From Bdellovibrionota bacterium FG-2 (GTDB lineage Bacteria > Bdellovibrionota > UBA1018), in assembly GCA_051382305.1 (NCBI GenBank), contig JBBCAV010000115.1, positions 1 to 48,839 of the forward strand: a stretch of DNA of 48,839 nucleotides, read 5' to 3'. The notes beneath the pieces were generated by a model. That model saw only the letters and a program-made list of their open reading frames with translations. It was not told the DNA's origin and did not search any database. Positions within the stretch are counted from its first letter, which is position 1; each line of letters starts with the position of its first letter. A program made the position numbers and the translations under genes. Below, in pieces: positions 39,503 through 48,838 of this stretch.

Positions 39503-40348
39503 TCATTGCGCGGTTGTTTGCGCGCAGATTTGGTTGCAGCGGGTTCGGATCGAATGGTTCATTGTTAGGATAGCTTCGCTGGTTAGGATAGCTTCGCTGA
39601 GATTTCCCGTGTCGGGGAGGTTTTGCTCTGTGATGAGCGAGCATTGAACGTAATTAGGAACCCAGCGGGCCGCCTTTTTTTCATTGACCATCGAGCTGCC
39701 TACGCTGAGAAGTTGCTCTTGGGTCAGGCGGCCGGCTTGAAATTCCGCTAAAGCGATTTCATAAGCGACATGAAAGCGTTGAACACCGTCGGGAAGTGCC
39801 CGACGATTGATTTCATGAATGTAGATCGCCGCTATTGAGCCAGGATGGCGACGGCTAAATTCGAGGTAGGTTTCGGGATCTTTTTGAGTATCGTCGCCTA
39901 AAAGAATCATGGGTGCTGCGGGATCTGAGGATTTCGCTCGCAGTTCTTCGAGCGCCTTGAGTTTGTAATCCAGAATGTCGCCAGGATCGGACGTCAAATC
40001 TTTCGTTCGAAGGGTGCTGGCAGGCATGCCCGCTCTGCGAAAAATTCGCCGCAGATGGCCCCTTAATATGTCGGGGCTTCCGCTGACAAAGTCTATGGAG
40101 TTCTGGGAGCGTCCCAATTGATCGGGATTATTTGCGGAGAGATAACTATAGAGGGGGATCATTCCGGCAAAGAATTCTGCATCGAAAATACCGTATTTAG
40201 CCATTTTCAGAGGGTGGCCCACAGCCGAAAGTTTGATGGTGTCATCAATGTCGCTCACAACCCAATAAGCCTGAGACGAGGATACGAACAAAGATCCAAG
40301 GGCCGAGAGTGCTGAGAGGGCGATGAGAAATGACCTAAGAAACGGCAT
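39503..40348 (-). CDS. Secreted App1-family (DUF2183-like) phosphatidate phosphatase
   Basis: VVSDIDDTIK (DxDxT), FVSGSP, LLGDDTQKDPETY and IYIH motifs; GGAGG RBS; signal peptide. Confidence 0.85.
   Translation of the reverse strand: MPFLRSFLIALSALSALGSLFVSSSQAYWVVSDIDDTIKLSAVGHPLKMAKYGIFDAEFFAGMIPLYSYLSANNPDQLGRSQNSIDFVSGSPDILRGHLRRIFRRAGMPASTLRTKDLTSDPGDILDYKLKALEELRAKSSDPAAPMILLGDDTQKDPETYLEFSRRHPGSIAAIYIHEINRRALPDGVQRFHVAYEIALAEFQAGRLTQEQLLSVGSSMVNEKKAARWVPNYVQCSLITEQNLPDTGNLSEAILTSEAILTMNHSIRTRCNQICAQTTAQ
39564..39599. repeat. 18-bp in-frame tandem duplication (GTTAGGATAGCTTCGCTG x2)
   Basis: Encodes SEAILT-SEAILT in the App1-like protein. Confidence 0.92.
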
Positions 40349-40453
40349 AAGGACCTCCGGGAGCGGTTGCTTTCGAAGAGGAGGTATATAGGATGTGATT
40401 CGATGTGTCAAATAAATAGTGCAATGCGTCAATCGGGGTGATAAGACACTGCA

Positions 40454-41212
40454 ATGGCGAAAACTCCTTCAAAAAGCGGTTGTGGCCGCGTTCCGCTGGA
40501 ACGCGCGCTCTCCAAAATGGGGATTGCCTCGCGCACTCAGGCGCGCCAATGGATCCTTGATGGCCGAGTGAAGATCGCGGGGAGCGTGTGCTTGGATCCT
40601 CTTCGAATGGTGGTGCCCGAATCCACCGAGATGACAGTGGATGGTGCCAAGCCAAACATCTCTGCGCCCCTGACCCTTGCGCTTCACAAAACAAAAGGGC
40701 TGGTCACCACGCGTTCAGATGAAAAGGGAAGGCCCACTATTTACTCACTGCTCGCCGGCATTGAAACGCATTTGATTGCCGTAGGCCGCTTGGACGCGGC
40801 GACGACGGGGCTTCTGCTGCTTACGAATGATACGCAATTTGGTGCTTGGGTCACCGACCCCAAGAATCAAGTTCCGCGTGTGTATATCGCGCAAGTACGC
40901 GGGGATTTTACCCCTGAAAAAGCGCGACAAATCGAGGCAGGCGTTGAGCATGAGGGTGAGGCATTGGGCGCCACTGACGTTGATATTTTGAAATCCTCGG
41001 GGCGTGAGTCGACCCTCCAAATTACGCTCACTGAGGGAAAGAATCGCGAGATTCGCAGGATGCTTTCTCAAGTGGGGCACGAAGTGACGAAGCTAAAACG
41101 AATTTCCTTTGGAGGAATTTGTTTGGGTGAGCTTGCGCCTGGCAAATATCGAGAACTCTCAAAGGAGGAACTGGAGAGCGCGTTTCCGGGGTGCCCGTTT
41201 AAAATATTGTAA
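40454..41212 (+). CDS. rRNA pseudouridine synthase (RsuA/RluB family)
   Basis: S4 domain, VGRLDAATTGLLLLTND and EGKNREIRRM motifs. Confidence 0.95.
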   Translation: MAKTPSKSGCGRVPLERALSKMGIASRTQARQWILDGRVKIAGSVCLDPLRMVVPESTEMTVDGAKPNISAPLTLALHKTKGLVTTRSDEKGRPTIYSLLAGIETHLIAVGRLDAATTGLLLLTNDTQFGAWVTDPKNQVPRVYIAQVRGDFTPEKARQIEAGVEHEGEALGATDVDILKSSGRESTLQITLTEGKNREIRRMLSQVGHEVTKLKRISFGGICLGELAPGKYRELSKEELESAFPGCPFKIL

Positions 41213-41217
41213 GGCGG

Positions 41218-41574
41218 TTAGCGTGGGCCACCGGTTTCGTGGATTCGGTAAATGGCGTTTGGTTGAGTGGCCTTGATCTGAGCATTCTTTCCACGCAGCT
41301 CTTCTATTTTCTCTGGTCCCGGATCTTCGGTGAGAGTGACCTGAAAAAGATTGTGACCCAGGTCTTTTATTTTCTTGATTCCGAGGAGTCCGTAAAGTTC
41401 GCTGATGATTTTGACATTTGCCCCCGGCGTGAGTGTGATGAGATATTCTCCCGGCACCCTGGTTTGGTGAGACGCATAGTCAATAGGGGGAACCTTGGGA
41501 GCGCTCGGAGTATGGCGGCACGCAGGTCCTCCAGCAACCGCTGCCACAAGGGCAAGTGCGCTAAAGCGGTACAT
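41218..41574 (-). CDS. Small exported protein resembling a stand-alone subtilase propeptide/inhibitor domain
   Basis: Signal peptide with Cys; RVPGEYLITL...ATQPNAIYR parallels YVKGEVLVKF...YAQPNYIYH of the adjacent S8 prodomain. Confidence 0.65.
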   Translation of the reverse strand: MYRFSALALVAAVAGGPACRHTPSAPKVPPIDYASHQTRVPGEYLITLTPGANVKIISELYGLLGIKKIKDLGHNLFQVTLTEDPGPEKIEELRGKNAQIKATQPNAIYRIHETGGPR

Positions 41575-41593
41575 TTTTTTTCCATACCCCTCC

Positions 41594-43465
41594 CTATTTT
41601 ACCGTGGCCTCAAGGCCCGTGGGTTGATTGATAAACGCGAGCGACGACATGACGTCGATTGCGTTGCTGGTGGTGGTATTGCCTATGAGGCTCAAGTTGA
41701 GTTGGCCCCCCTTTTTAATAGCATTGATGACCTCGGTGTAAGTGTACCGAGGGTTGTGAGCACGTAACATCGTGGCAAGGCCCGCGACTACGGGCGAAGC
41801 CATGGAAGTTCCTCTTGCGGTGTTGTAGCTCGTGGTATTGAGGGCAAGTGTTGTAATCTTGAAATCGATGATTCCTACCCCAAGATCCTTGGGCAGAGTA
41901 GCGTCGGATAGTCGCTGGAAGCCGACGCTACAAGTCGCGCTCTTGCAGCCCGAGAGGTCAGTTTCCCAGTGTGAAAAATAGGGATAAGATGTCGCCTGAC
42001 TCGTTTCGGAGCGGACCATTGTCCCGTCAATGCCGAAGGGATCCCCGCCCGTCTTGTTGTAGTATGCCATTTGGGTGTCACCGCTCGGCAAGTCGACTAT
42101 CCTGGAAGTTCGTAACAACGCCACGTCTTTGCCGGCGAGATTAAACTGCTTATATGCGCGAGCATCCGTGCTGCTCTTGTATGTACTGTTGGGGTAAGTC
42201 GGAGGGTTGAGGAGAGCAGATGTTGTCACTCCCTCAGGTTGGAGTGTTCCATATGCCCAGCTACCTGTCGCAGGAGTAAAGGTCCATTCTGATGTTAACG
42301 AATCCGCAATCTTTCCAGAAGTTCCCGCCCAGCTGCTGAGGATGTTGGCTCCAGGTGCCCCCACGTCGACGCTGAACCACCCGTAGTTTGAGAACGATGC
42401 TAATTGATAACTTTGGTCAAGGGCGGCAACGCAGATGAGGTTCGGGTTTGTGAAATTGCACGGATAGCTGGGCGTAAAAAAGCCGTCATTGTCGGTAGTA
42501 TCATTGCCCGCTGAAACCACAACAACGATATCTGCTCTTTGTGCACTCGTAATGCTTTCGCTATAGAGTGGGTCAAAGGGGTCACTGCCTCCAATGCTCA
42601 TGTTGATTACTTTGGCGCCGTTATTTACGGCAAAGTCAACGCCTTTGACGATGGCCGCGGTATCCCCATGTCCACCGGCGCCCATTACTCGAACGGCCAT
42701 GATGCGCGCTTTCCAGCAAATTCCAGTAGTACCTTTCGCGTTGTTGCCCGCGGCGCCGATGATGCCCGCCACATGCGTGCCGTGGCCGTTGAGATCCATA
42801 GGATCGTCGTCGTCGTCGACGAAATCATAACCGTGATGAGCAAATTCCGCTCCCCCGTTCCACACGTTGCTCGCTAGTTCCTCATGATTGTAATTAACAC
42901 CGGAGTCGACAACAGCGACGACGACGCTGCTGCAATCAGTGATGTGATCCCAGGCTTTTTCAATGTTGATGTCTGCGCCCGGTATACCGGGGTTGTGGGT
43001 GGAGTACATTGTGTCCCCCTCTTGCAGAATAGATTTCACGGTCTGCCCCGTATTTTTGAGTGCCCAGAGTTGGCCGTACTGCGTGTCGTTGGGTATGGCT
43101 GTAGTGTGATAAATGTAGTTGGGTTGTGCGTATTCTACGCTTGGATCATTTTTGTAAGCCGCTATGACCTCTTCGACTTTTTGGTCAGAACCTAGCTTGA
43201 GATGCGTCCAGCCGGGTTGGGGTAGATCAGCGAGCAAGGCGTGTTGGTGTAACATTATTGTTGCGTGGCGATCGGGCAATGTGGCGCTTGGTTTAAACTT
43301 AACGAGCACTTCGCCTTTAACATATTGGGGCGTGGGGGTGGGCGCCGCAGCAGGTGGAGTGGGAGAAACGGCGGAGATTTTATGGGGAATCATCAAGGCT
43401 GCCGCGACAACTGTAGCGAGGGCAACGGCAATGAAACGTAACGATTTATTCGTGGATTTTTTCAT
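41594..43465 (-). CDS. Secreted S8 subtilisin-family serine peptidase with inserted domain
   Basis: VVDSG, HGTHVAG and GTSMASP catalytic triad; SAGN oxyanion motif; ~170-aa insertion before the Ser motif. Confidence 0.95.
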   Translation of the reverse strand: MKKSTNKSLRFIAVALATVVAAALMIPHKISAVSPTPPAAAPTPTPQYVKGEVLVKFKPSATLPDRHATIMLHQHALLADLPQPGWTHLKLGSDQKVEEVIAAYKNDPSVEYAQPNYIYHTTAIPNDTQYGQLWALKNTGQTVKSILQEGDTMYSTHNPGIPGADINIEKAWDHITDCSSVVVAVVDSGVNYNHEELASNVWNGGAEFAHHGYDFVDDDDDPMDLNGHGTHVAGIIGAAGNNAKGTTGICWKARIMAVRVMGAGGHGDTAAIVKGVDFAVNNGAKVINMSIGGSDPFDPLYSESITSAQRADIVVVVSAGNDTTDNDGFFTPSYPCNFTNPNLICVAALDQSYQLASFSNYGWFSVDVGAPGANILSSWAGTSGKIADSLTSEWTFTPATGSWAYGTLQPEGVTTSALLNPPTYPNSTYKSSTDARAYKQFNLAGKDVALLRTSRIVDLPSGDTQMAYYNKTGGDPFGIDGTMVRSETSQATSYPYFSHWETDLSGCKSATCSVGFQRLSDATLPKDLGVGIIDFKITTLALNTTSYNTARGTSMASPVVAGLATMLRAHNPRYTYTEVINAIKKGGQLNLSLIGNTTTSNAIDVMSSLAFINQPTGLEATVK

Positions 43466-43483
43466 GGACTCCTCATTCTTTTG

Positions 43484-44689
43484 TTATGGCACGTGCAAAC
43501 TGAGTGTCTGCGATGGCGCACTGACACTTCCAGAATTGCCTCCCATTGTATCAAGAGCTGCGTAAGCCAGGACGGTTACGTCGTAGCTTACGGATAGCAG
43601 AGAGGTCGTGGTGGTTGTTGGTGCAGCGGATCCGGACGCGTAGGGTACTTTGATCGTCGGTTGACCCGTGAGTGAGACTTGGTAACCACCGCCTGCGCTG
43701 TTCACTCCGCTTTCGTGGTTTTGGTCCCAGGAAAAGGTGACAGTGTGGCGTGGTGGCACAGGGGAAGGGGGCGAAGCTATCCGTCCTCGAAAACGGGGAT
43801 ACTTAATGAACGAAGGGAACAGTTCCACGTGATTGAGTTGTGTGGTCGCTGAAATATCCGCAAACAGGTGGTCGCGATACTTCACTTCAGAGAATAGTTT
43901 TCCTAAGCGAGCGAAATCGGTTTCGCCCTGGTTACTTCCCGTCGTGGCGACGTGGGCCGCAATGAGGGTGAGGCCTAGGTCAAGGGGCAATGCAAGTCGC
44001 GCGGGATCGCAGAGCTTATCATCTGCATCTAGAAAAGTGCCTTCTTTTCCAGTGTGAACGAGCAGCGTCAAGCCCAACTCCTTCATTTTCTCGTAGAAGG
44101 GTTTAAGTCGCAGATCCCCCGGATCGATATTCATGATGGAAGGGATCCACTTGATCAAGACGGCTCCGTCTTTTTTCGCCTGCTCGAGTTGTTCAATGGC
44201 ATCCTTGCGATTGGGATTGATGCTCGGTCCGTAGAAGAAGAGCCCCTCTTTTTGCCATCGGCGCACACTGGCCAAAACAAACGAGTTCGGAACAAAGGTT
44301 GGAGTTTTTTCGCGGTTAAGCACCCCGGTCGCTGAATCGACCCATCCATCTAAGCCCAGTATGACGGCTCTCTTGACGCGAGTTGAGGTCACAATTTTCG
44401 CAGCCAATCGGTCGATCACCGCGAAGTTGCCTTTTTGTTTTAGTTCTTCTTCGGTAACACCCAAGGCTTTGAGGTAGATGTCGAATTTGTAGCTCTTCTT
44501 CATTTGCTTCGATACGTAACAATCTTCGCCCGGGAACTCCTGCGGGCGACCCAACTCTTGCGAAGAGAGACAAGCGACATGCGTGTGCATGTCGGTCACT
44601 TTTGGCGCGAATGTCGACGCCGTCGCGGGAGCCGATAAGGTGATTGCCAGAGTCCAAATTGTCGACGTTTTGATCTGTATTTTAAGCAT
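43484..44689 (-). CDS. Chimeric ORF: truncated amidohydrolase_2-type protein fused to an Fn3-like beta domain
   Basis: DMHTH, LLVHTGKE, IAAH and FADISA motifs, but no terminal GSD motif; Pro linker and HTVTFSW...GGGYQV...YDVTVLAY tail. Confidence 0.7.
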   Translation of the reverse strand: MLKIQIKTSTIWTLAITLSAPATASTFAPKVTDMHTHVACLSSQELGRPQEFPGEDCYVSKQMKKSYKFDIYLKALGVTEEELKQKGNFAVIDRLAAKIVTSTRVKRAVILGLDGWVDSATGVLNREKTPTFVPNSFVLASVRRWQKEGLFFYGPSINPNRKDAIEQLEQAKKDGAVLIKWIPSIMNIDPGDLRLKPFYEKMKELGLTLLVHTGKEGTFLDADDKLCDPARLALPLDLGLTLIAAHVATTGSNQGETDFARLGKLFSEVKYRDHLFADISATTQLNHVELFPSFIKYPRFRGRIASPPSPVPPRHTVTFSWDQNHESGVNSAGGGYQVSLTGQPTIKVPYASGSAAPTTTTTSLLSVSYDVTVLAYAALDTMGGNSGSVSAPSQTLSLHVP

Positions 44690-44795
44690 TGATTTTGAAC
44701 GGACGACGCTTTGGCGCATAGAGCAACAGGCGGCTTCGGATTTAGTTGTTCAAAGCCATTTTTACCTCTACAAATAGAAGTGGAGACTCAAAAAC

Positions 44796-45587
44796 ATGCA
44801 CTTGATCATGCAAAATTCCTTGCGCTGCCTGCGCTGGATGAGATTAGTTGCCGCGCTTATTCTTAGTTTAGTGCCCCTCACAAGGGCCGAATCGAAGCTT
44901 GAGGAACCTGCTGTTCAGCAAAGTCCTTCGCCAGTGCCTGTGCCTACGCCTTCAGTCGTGTCCAGCTTTCAACGATGGTCGGGCGGCAGTGGAGGATTAG
45001 TCCTTGGCTATTCTCCTATTTTCAGCCCGAAACTCGCGACTGCAACGCGCCTGAACAGTAGTAAATTTTCGAGTTTCGATGTCGGCGTAGAAGTCAAAGA
45101 CAACGTTGTGATGGGCGTGAGGATATCCGGCGCCACCGTTCCATCGCTCAAAGTTTACAACTCGGGCGATTTTATAACGACCTATTATCCGAACGCTCCT
45201 GCGTCTCTTTACGAAATCCTCGTGTCGATCAATGCACCTCTAAACGATCCTTATTCGAAGCTTGGACCCGTGCAGCTTTTTCTCCCGTTACAGTTTGGGA
45301 GTTCTTATCTTTCGATCACGGGGGGATCCAGTAAGTACACGGCACTGGCTATGGAGGGGGCGCTCGGCCTCGGCGCTCGTGTTTACACCTGGAGTACGGT
45401 GCGGTTTGATATCTCGGGGCTTTATCGTTTTGGATTCCCTTTAATTGGAATTAACAAAAACGAATCCACCTTGGTAACGGTACAGAATTCTGTGGGTGAG
45501 GACATCAAATCAAGTCTTCAGGGAATGGAGATGAGGCTGGGAATCACATTCATGTTACCCTCCTCTGTGCGGGAGAAACGGCCATGA
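44796..45587 (+). CDS. Hypothetical exported protein, probable outer-membrane beta-barrel
   Basis: Signal peptide; alternating-pattern strands ALGLGARVY, VRFDISGLYRF and MEMRLGITF. Confidence 0.6.
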   Translation: MHLIMQNSLRCLRWMRLVAALILSLVPLTRAESKLEEPAVQQSPSPVPVPTPSVVSSFQRWSGGSGGLVLGYSPIFSPKLATATRLNSSKFSSFDVGVEVKDNVVMGVRISGATVPSLKVYNSGDFITTYYPNAPASLYEILVSINAPLNDPYSKLGPVQLFLPLQFGSSYLSITGGSSKYTALAMEGALGLGARVYTWSTVRFDISGLYRFGFPLIGINKNESTLVTVQNSVGEDIKSSLQGMEMRLGITFMLPSSVREKRP

Positions 45588-46660
45588 AATTTGTCAAAGC
45601 TGTGGCTCTGGCCACTTTATTGAGTTTGGTGGCGTGCTCGGACGTGACGAAAACCGCGACGACCAAAACTTTTGTGATTCGTGGAAAAGCCCAAAAGGGG
45701 GCGCATCCTAAAACCCGAACGCCCGTGGCCGGTGGCTATGTCGGACTGGTCAGCCCTGAGCCTAGTAAATGGATGGGACTTAGTTTTGCCACAAACAGTG
45801 GGGTGCCTAACAAGGCCGTGACGAACGCAGATGGGACCTTCACTGTTACGGTCGATCTGACGATCATCGTGACAGAGCATCCGATCTATCTTGGCGTAAG
45901 TGATTCGGATCAAACTTACACCATGATCTCAGAAATTCCGGAAAACCTCGTGGCAGAAGACGCACAGCTAGAATTGGATATCAACCCGACGACGACGGTT
46001 GCGGGAGCCATGATCTGTCCGGGCGGAATTTATCCACCGAAGAGCAACGGCTATTGTTACAGCGACCCTAACAACGCCTCGACGACCAAGGATTCGATGG
46101 TGAGCAGTATCGATGATTTACTCGCCGGCGCAGACGCCTTTGTGGAGCCAGGAACGCCGCCGAATTGGACCACCTTCATGACCACGTTATTCAGCGACAC
46201 CGCGACGTTTGATGAGCTTAAGGCGATCGTCGCCGCGGCGGGCTTGACCTCTGCATCTTTCACCGCGTCGGCGATCACGACCGCGATGATCGATTTGCCC
46301 ATCGTGACTGAGCCGATTTACGGAATTGACGATAACGACCCCACGCCGAGCACTTCGAGTACCGGTGATACGGGGGGGGCGAGCGGCACTTGCTCCGGTG
46401 GTTGGATTGGATCGATGGCTTCCTGCGTACCCTTGGGAGCGGGTGGGAGCTGCGTGTGCTCTGGGAGCACCAACACGTGCGTATCGAGGAGTGAGTACGA
46501 GAAGGCGGGACTTACGCTTCCGTCGGCTTGTGCTCCTGCTGGATCGACCGGATGCATGAACGGCGAGACGGGTTATCTGATAAAACCCTGCTGCGCAGGC
46601 CTGTCGTGTAGGATGTCGTCTAAGTGCGGCGGCACCGCGGTCGGGGGCACCTGCGGTTAG
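45584..46660 (+). CDS. Lipoprotein with Cys-rich C-terminal domain
   Basis: Lipobox LVAC; 12 Cys in the last ~90 aa after a Ser/Thr/Gly linker; ATGA overlap with the upstream gene. Confidence 0.8.
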   Translation: MKFVKAVALATLLSLVACSDVTKTATTKTFVIRGKAQKGAHPKTRTPVAGGYVGLVSPEPSKWMGLSFATNSGVPNKAVTNADGTFTVTVDLTIIVTEHPIYLGVSDSDQTYTMISEIPENLVAEDAQLELDINPTTTVAGAMICPGGIYPPKSNGYCYSDPNNASTTKDSMVSSIDDLLAGADAFVEPGTPPNWTTFMTTLFSDTATFDELKAIVAAAGLTSASFTASAITTAMIDLPIVTEPIYGIDDNDPTPSTSSTGDTGGASGTCSGGWIGSMASCVPLGAGGSCVCSGSTNTCVSRSEYEKAGLTLPSACAPAGSTGCMNGETGYLIKPCCAGLSCRMSSKCGGTAVGGTCG

Positions 46661-46666
46661 GAGTTC

Positions 46667-47488
46667 TTATTCCAGCCACTTCTTTGCGATCGCAAGGAAG
46701 TGTTCTTGAAATTCCGTTACCGCTTGGGGTAGCCCCGGTAGGGGCTGCAGAAAATAGTAAAAATCCACGCAATGCGATCCTCCCGCAATGACGTAGGCTT
46801 CGGTGTTTGGCTTGGTGTTGTTGCCGTTTTCGGGGATGATGGAAAGTGTAGAATAGGGATCCATTGCCCCGTTGACGTAAACGATGTTTGAAGTGGCGGG
46901 ATCCAGCAGCGGTTCATAGAAGCTTCGATTCAACTCATCAACGGCGGGAGCGAGAGTGATATTGAAAATATCTTGGCAAGGCTGCATGAAATATTTCAAA
47001 TCAAGCAGTGGCGACATCACTCTTAGTGCCGGGTCGTGATTCGCAACGACGAAGCCGCCGAACTGAGTGCACTTCTGATAGAGCCAAGAATAGCCATCCA
47101 TCTGCCCTCTCCTGCGACTTGTAGCAGACACCTGCCGCATGGCTTTTGCCAAGCCTTGGATCGGTTCTTTTTCAGAGAGCACCACCTCGCAGAAGCCCTC
47201 TTGGTATCCGTATTGGACGGCACCATCGGCGGTGTAGGACGCGATCGCCAACAAGCGTCGGGGATCACGATCAAGATTTGCGACATTGAAGAGCTCTTCT
47301 AATTTCCTGAGCTCATCGGGATGCGAGAGGCTCTCCTCGATCTGACGAGTGGCGGCCTGCATTGCGTTTAAACATTCTGCGCCCAGTCCCTGTGCGACCA
47401 TCCGGTCGTAGTCCTCGAATGCGACGGCGGCCTTGACGACAGCGGAGGAGGCCAGCGCGCCGACCACCAGCTCGGGATGTCGCTGACG
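46667..47488 (-). pseudogene. N-terminally truncated S28-family serine peptidase
   Basis: RQRHPELVVGALASSAVV, WLYQKCTQFG, NIVYVNGAMDPY and IAGGSHCVD present; catalytic GGSY motif, signal peptide and N-half absent. Confidence 0.8.
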
Positions 47489-47762
47489 GGAGTGTCGCCA
47501 CTCAGAAATGTGAAAGTTTCACATGAATATAGGGGTATATCTAATTTTTGGGTCTATTTTGGTAACCAAAAACGGTGCTTTAGTTACCGAATCCGCGAAC
47601 GCCGAAAAAACGTCTGTTTTTGCAAGCGCCTGCGGCGCAGGAAAGGTGGTCAGGGCTATCTTCCCCGATAATTCATTAATTGGGCTGCGCCCCGAAGTTT
47701 GGACAGTTTAGCGGCCTAGGATAAGTAGGGCTCAACGGTCTCCTGGTTTCGGTTTTTTCAAT

Positions 47763-48743
47763 CTACTTCTCAAAAATGCCCCTCCCACGATCCCCTATAA
47801 GAGGCGATCGTTCCGTGATTAGGGGGATGGGGGCATCCACTTTCTTGCCTTCTGTGATCCTCGCCTCAAATTCTTCTGGGGTCAAGTATCCTATCGACGA
47901 GTGAATCCTTTTCCGGTTGTAGACCTCCTCAATGAATCGCGGCAAATTTTCCACGACGTCTTCGTACGTTTCGTATTCGCCGAGATAAATCTCCTCGTAT
48001 TTTAGGATTCTCATAAAGCTTTCGGCCCAGGCATTGTCGTAGGGGTTCCCCTTGCGGCTCATGCTGATTTAAAACTTCCACTCCTCAAGTAATGCAATAT
48101 AGTCTTCAGAGCAATATTGCACGCCCTGGTCCGAGTGATGAATACAGCCTGGATCCGGCTTTCGTCGCTCGATTGCCATTTTAAGGGCCTCCACAGCGAG
48201 CTCTGCATTGATGCGTTTGCTGATACCATAGCCCACGACCTTGCGAGAGCAGAGATCGATAATGATGGCCACAAAAATGAATCCAGTCTGAATGCGTACG
48301 TAGGTTATGTCAGAAACCCAGACTTGATTTAGGTTCGAAATGAACGTTGCGGGCGAAAGCAGTTTTGGATACTTCTTCAATTTGTGCTTAGAATCAGTGG
48401 TTTTTATCCATTTTCTGACTTGGATGGCGATCAGGCCATATTTGATTTGGATCCTCCGAATGCATTTTTCGTTCAAAAGAATCCCTTTTCGAAGAAGTGC
48501 GTGATGTAGTTTTCGATAACCATAGGTTGGAAACTTAACATGGACCGAATCAATGAGGTCCTTCGTCTCAAGGTCTTTCGCTTCACGAAGTTTCGCCTTT
48601 GGCTCGTTTTTGAGCCGATAATAAAACGTTGATCTGGCGAGACCCATTATTTTGCATCCTTGCGAAACTGATCGACGTTCAGGCCGGTGATCACGGCAGT
48701 ATCTAACTTCTTCCTGCGTTGTGCTGACGCCTGGCTTTTTTTT
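47763..48743 (-). pseudogene. IS3 OrfB DDE transposase with in-frame stop
   Basis: [36 protein letters not shown] and [12 protein letters not shown]; in-frame TAA at 48069-71 joins the two listed ORFs. Confidence 0.9.
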
Positions 48744-48838
48744 AAAAACTCACGGTCCGCATGGGCCTCCGCCAAAAGCACTTTTTAACGCTCTAGCTCC
48801 TTCTCAAGGTCACGCTCTTTTTTGCTTGGGGCATCATT
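48647..48838 (-). pseudogene. IS3 OrfA C-terminal part with in-frame stop
   Basis: NDAPSKKERDLEKELER*KVLLAEAHADREFLKKSQ...DAK*; TAA at 48785-87. Confidence 0.8.
48735..48743 (-). other. Programmed -1 frameshift site (A8G) for the OrfAB fusion
   Basis: TTA AAA AAA AGC in orfA; the -1 frame stays open into orfB (KKPGVSTTQEEVRYCRDHRPERRSVSQGCKIMGLARS). Confidence 0.8.

Noticed and set aside
41574-41585. A8 tract between two ATGs as a phase-variation switch
   Set aside because: One extra A would join ATG 41585 to the frame, but ATG 41574 already gives a complete signal peptide and the RBS spacing is ambiguous.
47763-48838. Stop-codon reassignment suggested by in-frame TAA codons in the IS3
   Set aside because: TAA, TAG and TGA all end conserved genes at expected positions elsewhere in the window.
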